From: Octopus vulgaris
Taxonomy: Eukaryota
DNA: 64,000 nucleotides
Direction of reading: 5' to 3'
NCBI GenBank assembly: GCA_951406725.2
Contig: OX597830.1
Span: 30,318,001 to 30,382,000 of the forward strand
Below the pieces are notes generated by a model that saw only the letters and a list, made by a program, of their open reading frames with translations, did not search any database and was not told where the DNA came from. Positions 16,066 to 34,020 of the stretch are shown here, piece after piece; the first letter of the stretch is position 1; each line of letters begins with the position of its first letter. The position numbers and the translations under genes are program-made.

Positions 16066-16295
16066 ATCACATACATATACTGTATATAGATACATATACA
16101 TATAGTTATCTGTCACTAAGTGGATTAATTTCCGTCCTGCATCGTTGAAAGTCTAACTCTTCGGTTTATCTGCCATATTTTGAGTTTAGGAAGATATTGC
16201 TACTTACGCATTCATATTTATCTCTTTATCTATCCGTCTACTTGTTTATTTGTCTGTCTGTCTATGTATCATTTATCTCACTCTGTTTCGCACTG

Positions 16296-16359
<64 letters not shown>

Positions 16360-17234
16360 TGTGTGTGTATATATGCTTATATATATATATATGGTGGGGG
16401 ATATGAATGTATGTATACATGTATGTCACGCATTTGTATGTTTGTGTATGCGTTTATCACTGCATCTCATTATTATAATCTCTCACCAAACAGTAACCTA
16501 ACAGACAGTATTCAATACGCAACTAGCTCAACACCCACAGGCGTAAAATAGGAAAAGAAAAGAAGCTTATGATTCGATGATATGCTCAGTTTAAATTTTG
16601 AACTAGTTTTTCATAGATTACTTAGATTCCTTAAATTTTATCTCCTTTCATTTCCCGGCAAGTCAAAGGTATACCATTTTCAATAAAAATTACATCAAAT
16701 TAAGTTATTTTGGGGGAAACAAATTGCAGTAAGCTATTCCCTCTTCCAAGATCTCCGAAACAATGATATTTTTAGCAGTAATTGTTTTGTCCCCAAACAA
16801 TGGGGCCCTTTAAGATAATTGCCTTTCGAAACTTCTGATATTTTGTACTGCGCTAACGACAAAAACTACAGGTTACCCTGTTTATACACATACTTCTCTA
16901 TTCAAGAAATACTTTTGCGACAGATTTGCTTTTAAAAGAAGCATGTTCGCTGGAGTTCAAACCATCTTTCTTGATGCGTCCATGGCAATTTTCGTTCAAA
17001 TTTACGTAGAAACTTTAGCTTGAGTTAAAATGTATTTATTATTTCCCTGGATTTCACCGAAAAATGTGTTTGCAATTATACCCTTCAAAATACTTATTTT
17101 GCAGCTATGTACACCCTAATAATATCTTAAGGCACCAATATGTATTTTATAGGATGAAATATGCTTAATACTCGGAATAATAGGATACTTGTCACGTCTG
17201 TTTTATTTTTTAAAACAATATACGTTTTTCGTAA

Positions 17235-17446
17235 GGCGGCGAGCTGGCAGAAACGTTAGTACGCCGGGCGAAGTGCTTGGCGGCATTTCATCTGACTTTA
17301 CGTTCTGAGTTCAAATTCCATCGAAGTTGACTTTACCTTTCACCCTTTCGGGGTCGATAAACTAAGTACCAGTTGCGTACTGGGGTCGATCTAGTCGACT
17401 GGTCCTCTCCCAAATGTTTTGGTCTTTGTGCCTAGAGTAGAAAAAA
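17235..17446 (+). mobile_element. Family B SINE, near full length
   Basis: GGCGGCGAGCTGGCAGAAACGTTAG..GAGTTCAAATTCC..CCTTTCACCCTTTCGGGGTCGATAAACTAAGTACC..GTGCCTAGAGTAGAAAA. Confidence 0.9.
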
Positions 17447-17646
17447 TTCACGTTCTCGTGTTCGTATATAATTTATTACATCGCTTTGAATAATTTATTT
17501 TATTAAGTGTCACCCTTTGATCCAATTTTTCAAAATGTCAAAAGTCTATACAATAACGTAGTATTTATAGAATACTGTCCAACAAAAGTATTTTGTCAAT
17601 CAAACACTTTCAGTGTACGTTATTTTAAAAATTATATACAAAAATA

Positions 17647-17962
17647 TTACAGTGAAGTACTTGCAAAGCAAGTGACTTGATCTGAGATCATGAGCTGAAA
17701 CAGAAACAATTCCAGCGTGGAAGGTGTTTATAAGTCATTTAAAAGCACACAAAAACCGTTAAATTCAATTCAACATTTACATTTAATTCATCAAAACATT
17801 TTCGTCGCTTTGAAACCACGATCTGTCCACTAACAAAATTTCGTGTCACGGTTTCAAAGCGACGAAAATGTTTTGATAAATTAAATTTAAATGTTGAAGT
17901 GAATTTAACGGTTTTTATGTGCTTTTAAATGGCTTATAAACACCTTCCAATCTGCAATTGTT
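17647..17962. mobile_element. Palindromic insertion with a 12 bp target-site duplication
   Basis: Inverted arms ~17704-17820 and ~17847-17963; direct repeat TATACAAAAATA at 17635-17646 and 17963-17974. Confidence 0.8.
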
Positions 17963-18356
17963 TATACAAAAATAGCTAATGCTTAATTTTTCATAATCGT
18001 TTCTATATCATCAATGACGTACCTAGAGAACCGATACGTAATGTTTCAGTTACCAAAAAATTATACTGATCAGTTTATTAGTACGGACAATTCACACACT
18101 TGTTCTTTTCCAAATAAATGTTTACACACGCGTATCGGCACGCATGCACACACAGACACATGATGGGTACGTTTATCGTAATATATGGACCGCATAGTTT
18201 TTCCTAGATGTCTTCCTGATTTACAGACTATATCTAAGAATCTATATACTATCACTCTGAGATTGGAATACTTTCAATTTCATTGAACGTCTCTTTTAAA
18301 CTCTTGCACAGAGAAATATTATTTTCATATCTCTGAAATATTTCTGCTTACCACTA

Positions 18357-18429
<73 letters not shown>

Positions 18430-20185
18430 TACTTGTGTGTTGTGTGTGTCTGCAAGTGTGAGTAAATGCATCAGAATCTTCGTGCAAAAGTTTACGAGTG
18501 CACTTACAAGATTCATATAAAGATTGTAAATAGTGTGACACAAATAAACAAAACAAAGAGTTACATATTAAATAAATATATATTATATATTCTCAGAATT
18601 AAGCTTATATCTCACACTTCAACAGTAATCTTGTTAGATAAAAAAAAACCAGTTTATCAAATCGTTTTCCGTATACACGTTGTAGTTAATATAAAATGAA
18701 CACGAAGGTAAACAACAAAATACCGGAGCAAATATATCGTAACTATAAAAACTGTTTGTCTGTGTGCACAAATTTCACACTAAGTAGAAGACATGATAAA
18801 AATGATAAAACTAGTTATAAACACAGAGAACATACAAAGAAATAGCAATACAGTAGTATGCAAGCTATATTAGATCTATCTTTGATAACGGTAATCATGT
18901 TTGAACCTTTGATCACTCTACAAAAATAAGAAATATGAATAAGAGCAATGCGCATCATAAAAATTTGAATGCAGACCATACTCACACACGACGCAGACAA
19001 GAAAGTAATACTAGGCAATATGACAATCAACCACTAAAACAGATACCAATCTCCACTATTAAGAACACCATGACACCAGCCATAAATCCACGAGAATTCA
19101 CAACAACGGTTGTGACACTGTCATGAAAAAATGTGCAAACCTGTTTTATTAGCAGAACTAGACTTCTACTACAAAATCGCTTCACTTACTAGAAATACCA
19201 GCTAAATCCTTTTCAAACAACATGCTACTGTCTTACAAAACAAATGAAGTGACAGACTGAATAATGTCATACATACACGATAGCTGAAAATGAATGGTGC
19301 AACGTTTGGCGCTGAAAGGCATTCGATTTTTGATCAGTCCGATTATGATTGATTTACGATTAAGTAACGCCTAGTCATGGCAAAAATACAGCCAAACGTA
19401 AACAACCACAACAACAATAAAACTGAAAGAGGGAACTTGACATGTTCAAAGTAGCAGCCATATTGTCATTGTATTATATTGTACTGTTTTAGAAAAGAAA
19501 TTACCAATTTTATTGTATGGTTTTGGATAAAGAGTGCTTGGATGGCCATAGATGGAATGTCTTTAAATATGAGTATAATCAGTCATGGCTGCCATGAGGT
19601 TACACAACAAATACATCAGTATGAAAACTAAACAACAATACCTGTGACAACAGTCAAAAAATGAATATGCATCACTTCTAAAAACATTATCACCACTCAT
19701 GAAAATAAACAAGAAAAACAAGAACAGCTACACCGACATTACAAACAACAAAAATATGAGAACTAACAACAACAAAAGTAACACACAAACACCAAAACCA
19801 GAAGTATATTAATAGCAACGTCCTTATAAGCCATACACTTCATACAAACGCACACACACATATAAACACAAACGCACACACATACACACATACTTACACA
19901 ACCACCAACGTTAACGATTACAGTAACAACATAGACAACCATACATGGATAACACCAAGAATTAAAACAACAACAACAACAACAAAAATTGTATTACCAG
20001 AAACACAAACATCGAAAGCAGCAGCAACAACAACAACAACAGTGCAAACCACAACAACAATGACAGCGAAGATAACAATGCCACCAACATCAACAACAAA
20101 ACCAGATAATTGAGCAGCCATTTTCATAACAGGAATTCTACTGGTCTTTTTTTATTTTGTTGTATTTTTTATTAACAATTTACTT

Positions 20186-20192
20186 CTAAATC

Positions 20193-20267
<75 letters not shown>

Positions 20268-20609
20268 TGATGGTGATGGTGGTGATGGTGATGGTGGTAT
20301 CTTTCAATATTTTTTTCAAAGTGTTCATTTTTTTTTTTATCAAATTTATTATATGTATATTATTTTTTTTTAATGGAAGTGTGAAAGTGATGCTTGAAAA
20401 GTGATTCTTGAAAAGAACCTGCAAAAATAACAGGAAATGAAGGTTGAGGGGGTTATGTATCGGAAGTGGCTGATACTATTTGTAAGATTCACTAATTCTT
20501 TAACCTTCCATAATCGAAGATCGCGAAGATGATGCCGATATTAATTTTTTTTTCAATATTCTTATTAGTTTTATTATCAATATGATTAATATTATTAGTA
20601 GCATTGTTA

Positions 20610-20646
<37 letters not shown>

Positions 20647-20814
20647 CATTATTATTATTATACATTTTATTCTATTTATTTTATTATTTTAAAAGAATTC
20701 TTACTGCCAACATATTTCTGTCTATCTGTGTGTGTATATGTAAACATACGTACACACATACATATATCCATGCACATATGATGCGTGTGTGTGTGCGTGT
20801 GTGTGTGTGTGTGA

Positions 20815-20868
<54 letters not shown>

Positions 20869-21737
20869 GTGAATTTGTAATAATATAGGTATGCACCTAT
20901 GTATATATGTATATGTGTGTGTGCATGTGTGTATTATGTATGTATATATGTGTATGTATATATGTATATATACGTATATATATATGTACATATATATATC
21001 CATATATATATACAATAATAAATATATGGGTTTACATTTGCTACATGTATATATATATATACATGCATGTATATATATATGTATATATGTATATATATTT
21101 ATGCAAATACATATATACATTTATATATATATATGTATATATAAATATATATAGATACATAGTTACTTACATACATGCATGAATGCATGCATACATACAT
21201 ATATGCATACATACATATATACATACATGCATACATACATACATACATACATACATACATGTATGCATACATACATACATACATACATACATACATACAT
21301 ACATACATACATACATACATACATACATACATACATACATACATACATACATACATACATACATACATACATACATACATACATACGTAATGCATGCAAA
21401 AACACATCAGGATTTTTTTCACTCGCATATTACACCGTCAGGTTTCCAATTTTTTTTCTTCTCCATATTGCAATGTCTTACGATGAATTTTAAATGGTAT
21501 GAAAATGTTTTTTCTCGTTCTCTTTCACTCTTTTAACGATATTTTTTTATAATGGAACATGCATAGAATGAAAAAATATGCAAGTAAAAGAGATGAAAAG
21601 TCTCAAATATTAACAGTCGGTGAATGATAGGATGTTCTTGCTGTTGTTATTAATATTATTATAATTATTGTCAGTATTTTTACAACAACAACTATTGCTA
21701 TGAGTACTACTTTTGGCCTTCTCTTTCTTCGTCTTCA

Positions 21738-21785
<48 letters not shown>

Positions 21786-22024
21786 AATTATCAGAACTAA
21801 AATGGGATAAGATCTTTAGAAATGGCCCGACTAGGTGAGAAAACCGATTAGTTGATTTACTTTTTTTTTTTTTATGTGTGTATGCTTGTGTGCATATACT
21901 GAGTGTTTAGATGTGTGTATATTTGTATCAAAATACTTTTTTTGTATAAAAGAAGTTCCTGCCTTTTACCAAAATAATTACCTGCAATATGGCAGTGGAT
22001 GAAAAATGAATACAAACATCAAAC

Positions 22025-22111
<87 letters not shown>

Positions 22112-22241
22112 AGAGAAGGAGAGAGAAAGACATGCGTGTATGTTTAAATGCATACATGTTCGTTTGCGAATGGATGGATATGCATATGTGTATAGATATG
22201 CATGTACACACACACATACACAAAAATGTCACATACGGCAA

Positions 22242-22304
<63 letters not shown>

Positions 22305-22462
22305 CACACACATTACTGTATACAAAAAGAAAAAAATATAGTATAGAACTATCAGTCATAATTACAATGGTAATGAAGTGGAAGAAGAAGAAGAAGAAGA
22401 AGAAGAAGAAGAAGAAGAAGAAGAAGAAGAACAAGAACAAGAACAAGAAGAAGAAGAACAAG

Positions 22463-22497
<35 letters not shown>

Positions 22498-22681
22498 AAC
22501 AACAGCAACAACGTAACACGTACGACAAAGTGCAACTAGGTATATAGAATGGATCGCGGGGGAAAAAAGGGACATTTGAGGACGTGATAATATTTGTGAA
22601 TGTTGGTACCTCGCGACGACGACGGCGACGACGACGATGACGATGAAGACGATGATGATGATGATGATGATGACGATGATG

Positions 22682-22723
<42 letters not shown>

Positions 22724-23004
22724 GTTACGAAAATATTGTTAATCATAACGATGACGATCTTTTTGGAGAGAAGACAGATTTGAGAACTTCGATCAAATTG
22801 AATATCAAAAGTTTTAAGCATATTTAGACATACAAATAACAACAATAATTATGATGGTGATGATGATGATAATGATGATGGTGGTGGTGGTGATGAGTAC
22901 GACGATGTTGATGACGATGATGGCAATGATGATGATAATTAAAGTCAGTATTAGTAGTAGTAACATCATTATTATTATCATTACAATTATTACTATTATT
23001 ATTA

Positions 23005-23080
<76 letters not shown>

Positions 23081-23456
23081 CATTATTATTATTATTATTA
23101 TTATTGTTGTTGCGTTTGTTATCATTATTATCATTCTTATTATTATATATATCATTATATATCATTTTATATATATCATTATTATGTATCATTATTATAT
23201 ATCATCATCATCAGCATCATCATCATCATCATCATCATCATCATTATCATCATTAATACTAGTGAGCTTTTGTTTATTGACCACATGTGTTCCAGTCACC
23301 AGAAAAAGCAGGAAGCTAACAACAGCGTAAACCACTACAAGAGTACTCATACGGAATGACATCAACAACAAGAGCAACAACAGCAATAGCAATAAGGATG
23401 TTCGATAAAGATATTTCTAGAATTAAATCACAGCACCCAAGTGAGCATAGTGCATG

Positions 23457-23492
<36 letters not shown>

Positions 23493-23722
23493 CGCGCTGC
23501 TTTTGTATGTATTCGTATATGTGCATGCTCTCATATATATATCTACATATGTATATACAAATATGCACATCCATATAAAACATATATAGTAAACGTACAA
23601 GTCTATATGAATACATATTTTTATAAAAATGCATTATATGTCTATGTAATCATATATGCCTAGCTCTACCTTTGTGCACGTACCTGCATTTTCAGAAATT
23701 CCAGTTTTCATTTTAATATTTA

Positions 23723-23795
<73 letters not shown>

Positions 23796-23824
23796 TGTAT
23801 GTATGTATGTATGTATGTATGTAT

Positions 23825-23880
<56 letters not shown>

Positions 23881-23917
23881 GTATATATGTATGTATGTAT
23901 GTATATATGCATGTATG

Positions 23918-23964
<47 letters not shown>

Positions 23965-23965
23965 T

Positions 23966-24060
<95 letters not shown>
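20186..24060. repeat. Microsatellite field: (ATT)n, (ATAC)n, (AAG)n(AAC)n, (GAT)n, (TA)n
   Basis: Directly visible simple repeats with short unique spacers. Confidence 0.95.
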
Positions 24061-24422
24061 AAGGATGGATGTATATACATATAATTTTTTAATTCAGGAA
24101 ATATCGTGTTTAAAACGGATTAGCAGCATAAAACTAGAGCCCTGCGTGTGCTGTGTAACCTGCACCACACGCTGATAGCTTAGGGATAAGTGAAAAGACC
24201 CGTATTCTTCCCAATTCCATTTCCATTGACTGTACGCTATGCCGCCATCTTAGATATGTGTTCTTTCATTGAAGTATGACGTAATCAGCTTTCTGACTAC
24301 TTTGAGATTTTGAATCGTTTTTGTAAAACGCCTATTTGTAAATGGTAGCACAATAATATGGTTTGCCTTTTCTTTCAATTGGAGTAAAAGTCTTTTATGC
24401 ATGAATATATACATATATATTC

Positions 24423-24512
<90 letters not shown>

Positions 24513-24724
24513 CTTTATGTGTGTGTGTTTGTGCTTGTGTATTTTTCGTACGCATGTATGTATGTGTGACTGCATGTTTTTAACCGTATCCATCTACGTG
24601 TCTATGTTTGTGAATATGTGTATGCATGTATGTATGTGTGTGAATTTATGTGTATGCGTGTTCGGGTGTGTGCGTGTATAATACTGTGGAAAAGCGTAAG
24701 CGTTTCATTTTCATTTTAATCATA

Positions 24725-25107
24725 TCTCTCTATATATAAACGGCAGTTTGTCTGTGCGTGTTTCTGTGTGTCTGTTTGCTTGTACCCTCACCCTGACCAC
24801 GGCTTTCAACCGATTCTGATGAAACTTGACACACACATAGCCCAATGTCATAATTCAAAACTAACGCAGCCAAAATTTTGAAAAGTTCCCCCAGTTCTGA
24901 AAAAAATCGATAAATTCGACATGGGGTCCAGAATCAGAAACACGAACCACAAACTGTCTAGGGGACGCAACTCCATCTTTTTTAACTAAAAAAAAAATTT
25001 ACCATCATTTTTTTTCCATTTTTTGCTATTTTTTGGTTATAACTCTCTAAAAATGCTTTATAGTTATTTCCCTTACAAACCTGAGCAACGCCGGGCGATA
25101 CTGCTAG
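24725..25107 (+). mobile_element. Non-autonomous Helitron
   Basis: 5' A|TCTCTCTATATATAAA, internal AACCGATTCTGATGAAACTT, subterminal hairpin CCTGAGCAACGCCGGG and 3' CTAG|T; inserted at an AT dinucleotide with no TSD. Confidence 0.85.
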
Positions 25108-25439
25108 TATATATATATATTTGTTTGTGTATCTGTGTATTAGCATGTATATGTATGTGCATATATATATATGTGTGTGTGTGTGTGTGGGTATGTATGT
25201 AATGTAAGGTTTTTGTATGTTTATGTGTGTCTATGTCTATATGTTAATTTGTATATATATGTATGTCTGTGTAAGCTGTTCATCACCATCATCATCACGT
25301 CGTCGTCATCATCATCATTTTCATTAACATCATCATCATTATTACTAACTATAATACTGTTGTTGTTGTTATAGTTCTTTATATTATATAATAAATGCCA
25401 CATTTTGTCTCTTCACCTTCATATTTCGAACTAGAATGT

Positions 25440-26375
25440 ATTTGAACAGCCAAGTAGTACAATTTCAAAAATAATGGACTCCAGTTGATGAACTTAAACC
25501 ACAACATAAACAATAAGGTTTGCTTACCCTACATATCAAACATATATATATATATACAAAAATAGGACAAGGTCGCAAGTCATTCAGACAGTTAGGTGAT
25601 ACAAAAACGGGACAACAAAACATCCAGACAGACGATACAAAGAAAAACAAAGGATGGGTCATTCGGAGTTTTCTTTCCTTAGTCGAGTTCCAGATTATCT
25701 TTGCAATTTCGGTTGGTTATACTCAAGATTGCTCCAATCTGGCCAGCCCCAAGGAAAAAACTAAGCTAAGTGCACTAGATTCCTTGTAAGAAAGCAGTGA
25801 ATGTATACGAAAACAAGGACGAAAAAAACGGAGAACTGGTACACAAATACAAATAACAGGACATTAACAACGGTTGTCTTTCGACTAAGGATGAATTAAA
25901 TTAAGCTGGCGTATATGGATGTAAAGCCTTACGGCAGCGACAGAGGATTTGACAGGCAGAGGGAGGAATATAGATGTTGCACGGATGGTAGTCAAACCAA
26001 GAAAGAAAGGTCAGATCTGGCCGAACACCGGTCACGTGGTGAGAGATGAGAGAGAGATAAAGGCAGAGGGATAGAAGAATTAAGGAAGGGCGAGAAAAAA
26101 TGAAAGGGACAGAAGGAAGTGAAAGAGGGGGGAAGGTGAGCATTAAGAAGTAAGTATGAAGGGGCTGATAGAAAGAAGGAAAGAATGAAAGAATAGAAAG
26201 AATAATAGAGTCGTACAAAATTTAGATATATATATACTTACATATAAGAGACCAAAGTGTACGTACGCTGCTATAATTTTATATATAGAAAAATACAAAA
26301 ATGGGACAAGAGCGTAAAACATCCAGACAGATGATACAAAGAAAACAAGGACGGGTCATTCGGAGTTTTCTACAG
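25440..26375 (-). mobile_element. Non-coding Penelope-like repeat with a partial terminal duplication (25558-25675 and 26297-26371)
   Basis: Duplicated AACATCCAGACAGA.GATACAAAGAAAA..GGGTCATTCGGAGTTTTCT; minus-strand GGCTGG..CCAACC-GAAAT stem at 25700-25755; class is inferred. Confidence 0.45.
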
Positions 26376-26531
26376 ATATATATATATAAATATATATACT
26401 GTATATATATATATTTATATGTGTGATTGTGTATGCATATATATATATATATATATATGTGTATATTTATAGATTAATATATATATATGTGTGTGTGTGT
26501 ATATATATATGTACATATGTATATGTATATT

Positions 26532-26580
<49 letters not shown>

Positions 26581-26589
26581 GTATGTATC

Positions 26590-26797
26590 TATTCGTGTGT
26601 CTGTGTTTGTCCCCCACCATCACTTGACAACCAATGTTGGTGTGATTACTTCCCCGTAACCTAACGGTTCGGCAAAATATACCGATAGAATAAGTTCTAG
26701 GCTTACAAAGAGTGAGTCCTAGGTCGATTTGTTCGACTAAAGGCGGTGCTCCGCATGGACGATGTCAAATGACTGAAACAAGCAAAAGAATAAAAGT
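26590..26797 (+). mobile_element. SINE family A, 3' half
   Basis: GTGTTTGTCCCCCACC..CGGTTCGGCAAAA..GACTAAAGGCGGTGCTCC..GACTGAAACAAG. Confidence 0.85.
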
Positions 26798-27256
26798 ATA
26801 TATATAAATATATATATAAACGAAAAATTCCAGTGAGATCTGTGAAAGCAGAGTCAGTAGATCCATTGGTAATCCGGGTGGAGTGCTGGTATGTGGATGA
26901 GGGGTAGTGCAGAAAGTTCAGGAAGTGGTTCAGAAATGAAAGTCAAAAGTGTAGGAAGTTCAATCAGGATCAAACTGGGGTAACACACACATACCAACGT
27001 TACAGACGCACACACACACACATACAAGTCAGAGTCTCACACCCCTGTTCACACACACTTACATATTCACACACACCATTCTTACATACACACCTTTATG
27101 TTTTATTCTCGGAGCTACCACATCTTAGCGATCTCACTTCTCATGTCTCCATATTTATCAACCTTTTCTCTTTCTTTCATGATAATATGTTGATCTCCTG
27201 GCAATTATTAGGTTTAGTATTTTTTTTTTTTAGTATTTTTAGGCCTTAGAATATAC

Positions 27257-27473
27257 CTCTTTTACTCTTTTACTTGTTTCAGTCATTTGACTGCGGCCAT
27301 GCTGGAGCACCGCCTTTAGTCGAGCAAATCGACACCGGGACTTATTCTTTGTAAGCCCAGTACTTATACTATCGGTCTCTTTTGCCGAACCGCTAAGTGA
27401 CGGGGACGTAAACACACCAGCATCGGCTGTCAAGCAATGCTAGGGAGACAAACACAGACACACAAACACACAC

Positions 27474-27507
<34 letters not shown>

Positions 27508-27670
27508 GACAGGCTTCTTTCAGTTTCCGTCTAACAAATCCACTCACAAGGCATTGGTCGGCCCGGGGTTATAGCAGAAGACACTTGCCCAAGATGCCAC
27601 GCTGTGGGACTGAACCCGGAACCATGTGGTTGGTTAGCAAGCTACTTACCACACAGCCACTCCTGCGCCT
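27257..27670 (-). mobile_element. SINE family A, full length
   Basis: Reverse complement of the head, internal microsatellite and tail seen at 56040-56496. Confidence 0.92.
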
Positions 27671-27759
27671 ACTCATATTTGTTCCTCCTAAAGGTTTCTA
27701 TCCACAACGGTAAGAGCTGCAGACATTCAGCCGAAAATATAAGCTCGAGGTTAGAAGAA

Positions 27760-27955
27760 ATTTTATCATCCACACCTTGCTAAATCTTTGAGCGTCAATA
27801 TTTGGACGAATGAAATAAATAAACGACAACGAAGGACATCGGTCATAGCTTTGCCCAGTAGATTGTCTACCGACTCTCATCATATTAAGGAGGGAAGACA
27901 TCAATGCAGTGTTGATGAAAAGGGTTACGTGGAAACGAGGATCAGGAAGGACTTA
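27760..27955 (+). pseudogene. Possible decayed RTE-like LINE 3' end
   Basis: Reads VDCLPTLIILRREDINAVLMKRVTWKR, resembling the RTE terminus (ED...M.DR..W); weak. Confidence 0.3.
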
Positions 27956-28290
27956 AATAGCTGATAACTTTGGTGACCAGAAAGTCACACCGCAGCTGTG
28001 CAAATTTGAGAGTGTGCTCTGAACAGGCATGAGATCAAGGAGACAGGTCCCAAAACCATGTTGTTTTATGACTGCGTTAGCTAGAAATACTTGAGGGCTC
28101 TTTATTCTGAAGCGCTCCAGAATTGACGAAAGAGCAACAGAGAAGAGTTGGCTGTAAATTCCTAGGGACGATCCATCACAATTGTATGACTTCATCAAAA
28201 GAAGTACAAATCAAGCACTGGGGTGAATCTCATCAACAAAAATCCCCTCCTCAAAATTGCCGAACTTTTTGCCTAAAGTATTATCATTAA

Positions 28291-28324
<34 letters not shown>

Positions 28325-29076
28325 GTTTTTCTCTTCTTTCAAATTTGATTCCATTTCTTGCCGAGTGCCTTCCCGACTCCTAGGGCAAAGAAACTCATAG
28401 TATACATTCGTAGGCCATTAAACTAAACTCACTAGTTCGTTCATTTTTTTTTTTTAAGTTAAATTAAAATACGTGGGTAGTAATAGTTCTCACATCGACA
28501 ATGCTCTTCTCAATACGTGTGATGTACCAGTTAAGACAATCTTTTGCACTTCTTGCAGGGATGGTAAGCCAGGGATCATTCTCATATAATTTTCTGTTCC
28601 CTTCTTGATCATTCCTAGTGATCCTACGATCACTGGTATTGTAACCGCCTTGAGATGCCACATTTTCTCAATTTCAATGAGCAGGTCTTTATATTTTCTG
28701 AGCTTGTCAAACTCTTTCGCCGAGATATTATGATCACAGGGGATGCTCATGTCGATCAATAAGCAAACTTTATTGTTTTGGTCTTTCACAACAATATCTG
28801 GTTTATTGGCTTTGATGGTTCGGTCTGTATGTACTGGAAAGTCCCACAGAATCGTTACATTTTCTCCTTCAGTTACAGCTTCAGGGTGGTGATTATACCA
28901 CTTGTCGGCAGTTTTGATATTGTAATGCCGACTTATTAGCCAGTGTAGATATCGGCCAACTCTGTCATGTCTTAATGACATGACAGAGTGCTAAGACTTT
29001 ACATCCAGAGATTAGGTGGTCCACTGTTTCAATCATGTCGTTGCAGAATCGGCATTTTGAGTCTGCTCCATTTTTC
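28325..29076 (-). mobile_element. R4/Dong-clade non-LTR retrotransposon 3' fragment (CCHC knuckle, RLE endonuclease, 3' UTR)
   Basis: CRFCNDMIETVDHLISGC, RHDRVGRYLHW, ILWDFPVHTDRTIKANKPDIVV..LIDMSIP..KLRKY..PVIVGSLG; stop at 28490; the 3' end abuts (AAT)n. Confidence 0.93.
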
Positions 29077-29108
29077 ATCACATTGGCCTGTTAGTTCCGG
29101 GTAAATAG

Positions 29109-31345
<2,237 letters not shown>

Positions 31346-31413
31346 AAATTTTTATGCATATATATACATACACAAGCACACACACATACGCACGCACATA
31401 TGTAGACTTACAG

Positions 31414-31662
31414 TGGAAGGGCGTAGTTTAGTGGTTAAGGTGTTGGACTCATGATCGTAAGATTGTGGTTTCGATTCCGGGAGCAGCCGACGCGTTGTGT
31501 TCTTTAGCAAAACACTTCATTTCACGTTGCTCCAGTCCACTCAGCTGGCAAAAATGAGTAATCCTGTGATGGACATGCGTTCCATCCAGGTGGGGTAATA
31601 TGTACGCATTTGTAACCGGGAAACCGGCCAACATGGGTTTGGCATGGCTCAAGAAGGAAACA
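31414..31662 (+). mobile_element. SINE head D + tail T2
   Basis: The head matches the reverse of 1995-2133 (TTTCACGTTGCTCCAGTCCACTCAGCTGGCAAAAATGAGTA); the tail TGTGATGGAC..GTTCCATCCAGGTGGGG..GGAAACCGGCC..GGCTCAAGAAGGAA matches the reverse of 55030-55125. Confidence 0.8.
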
Positions 31663-31668
31663 TTTATG

Positions 31669-31739
<71 letters not shown>

Positions 31740-31911
31740 TATTTATAGATATATTTATTTATTTATATATACATATATATATAAGTGTGTATAACTACTG
31801 GTAATTATACGCTAACTGGAAAATCGCCAGTCTACAGAGAATCTTTTGTGCATGTCAACTATTGCTATAAATTATTATCTTTAATAATTTTTTCCCTTAA
31901 TATGCTTAGGA

Positions 31912-32132
31912 GGAGACCCCCTTCAGTCATGAATGACCCCTGGGATTGCACCTAGAAAGTTCCCCAGCAAGGCACAAGTCAGGGCAAGGTTGTTTATGGA
32001 AGGCCAGCATGGAACCAGTGATGTCGCAAATCATGTCTTGCTCAAGGACACAAAACACACGCCGGTCCAGGAATCGAACTCAGAACCACACGATTGTAAG
32101 CTCTATGCTCTAACCACTGTGCCAAGCGCCTT
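31912..32132 (-). mobile_element. SINE with D-like head + tail T5
   Basis: Minus strand GGCGCTTGGCACAGTGGTTAGAGC..GAGTTCGATTCCTGGACC..GTGTCCTTGAGCAAGACA followed by an unrelated tail. Confidence 0.7.
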
Positions 32133-32139
32133 CAATATG

Positions 32140-34020
<1,881 letters not shown>

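Noticed and set aside
16803-17137. Possible MITE with short inverted ends
   Set aside because: Only a short imperfect AT-rich match, with no TSD or second copy
21978-22010. Minus-strand CAG|GTAATT recursive splice candidate
   Set aside because: The donor is weak and such motifs are expected by chance in AT-rich DNA
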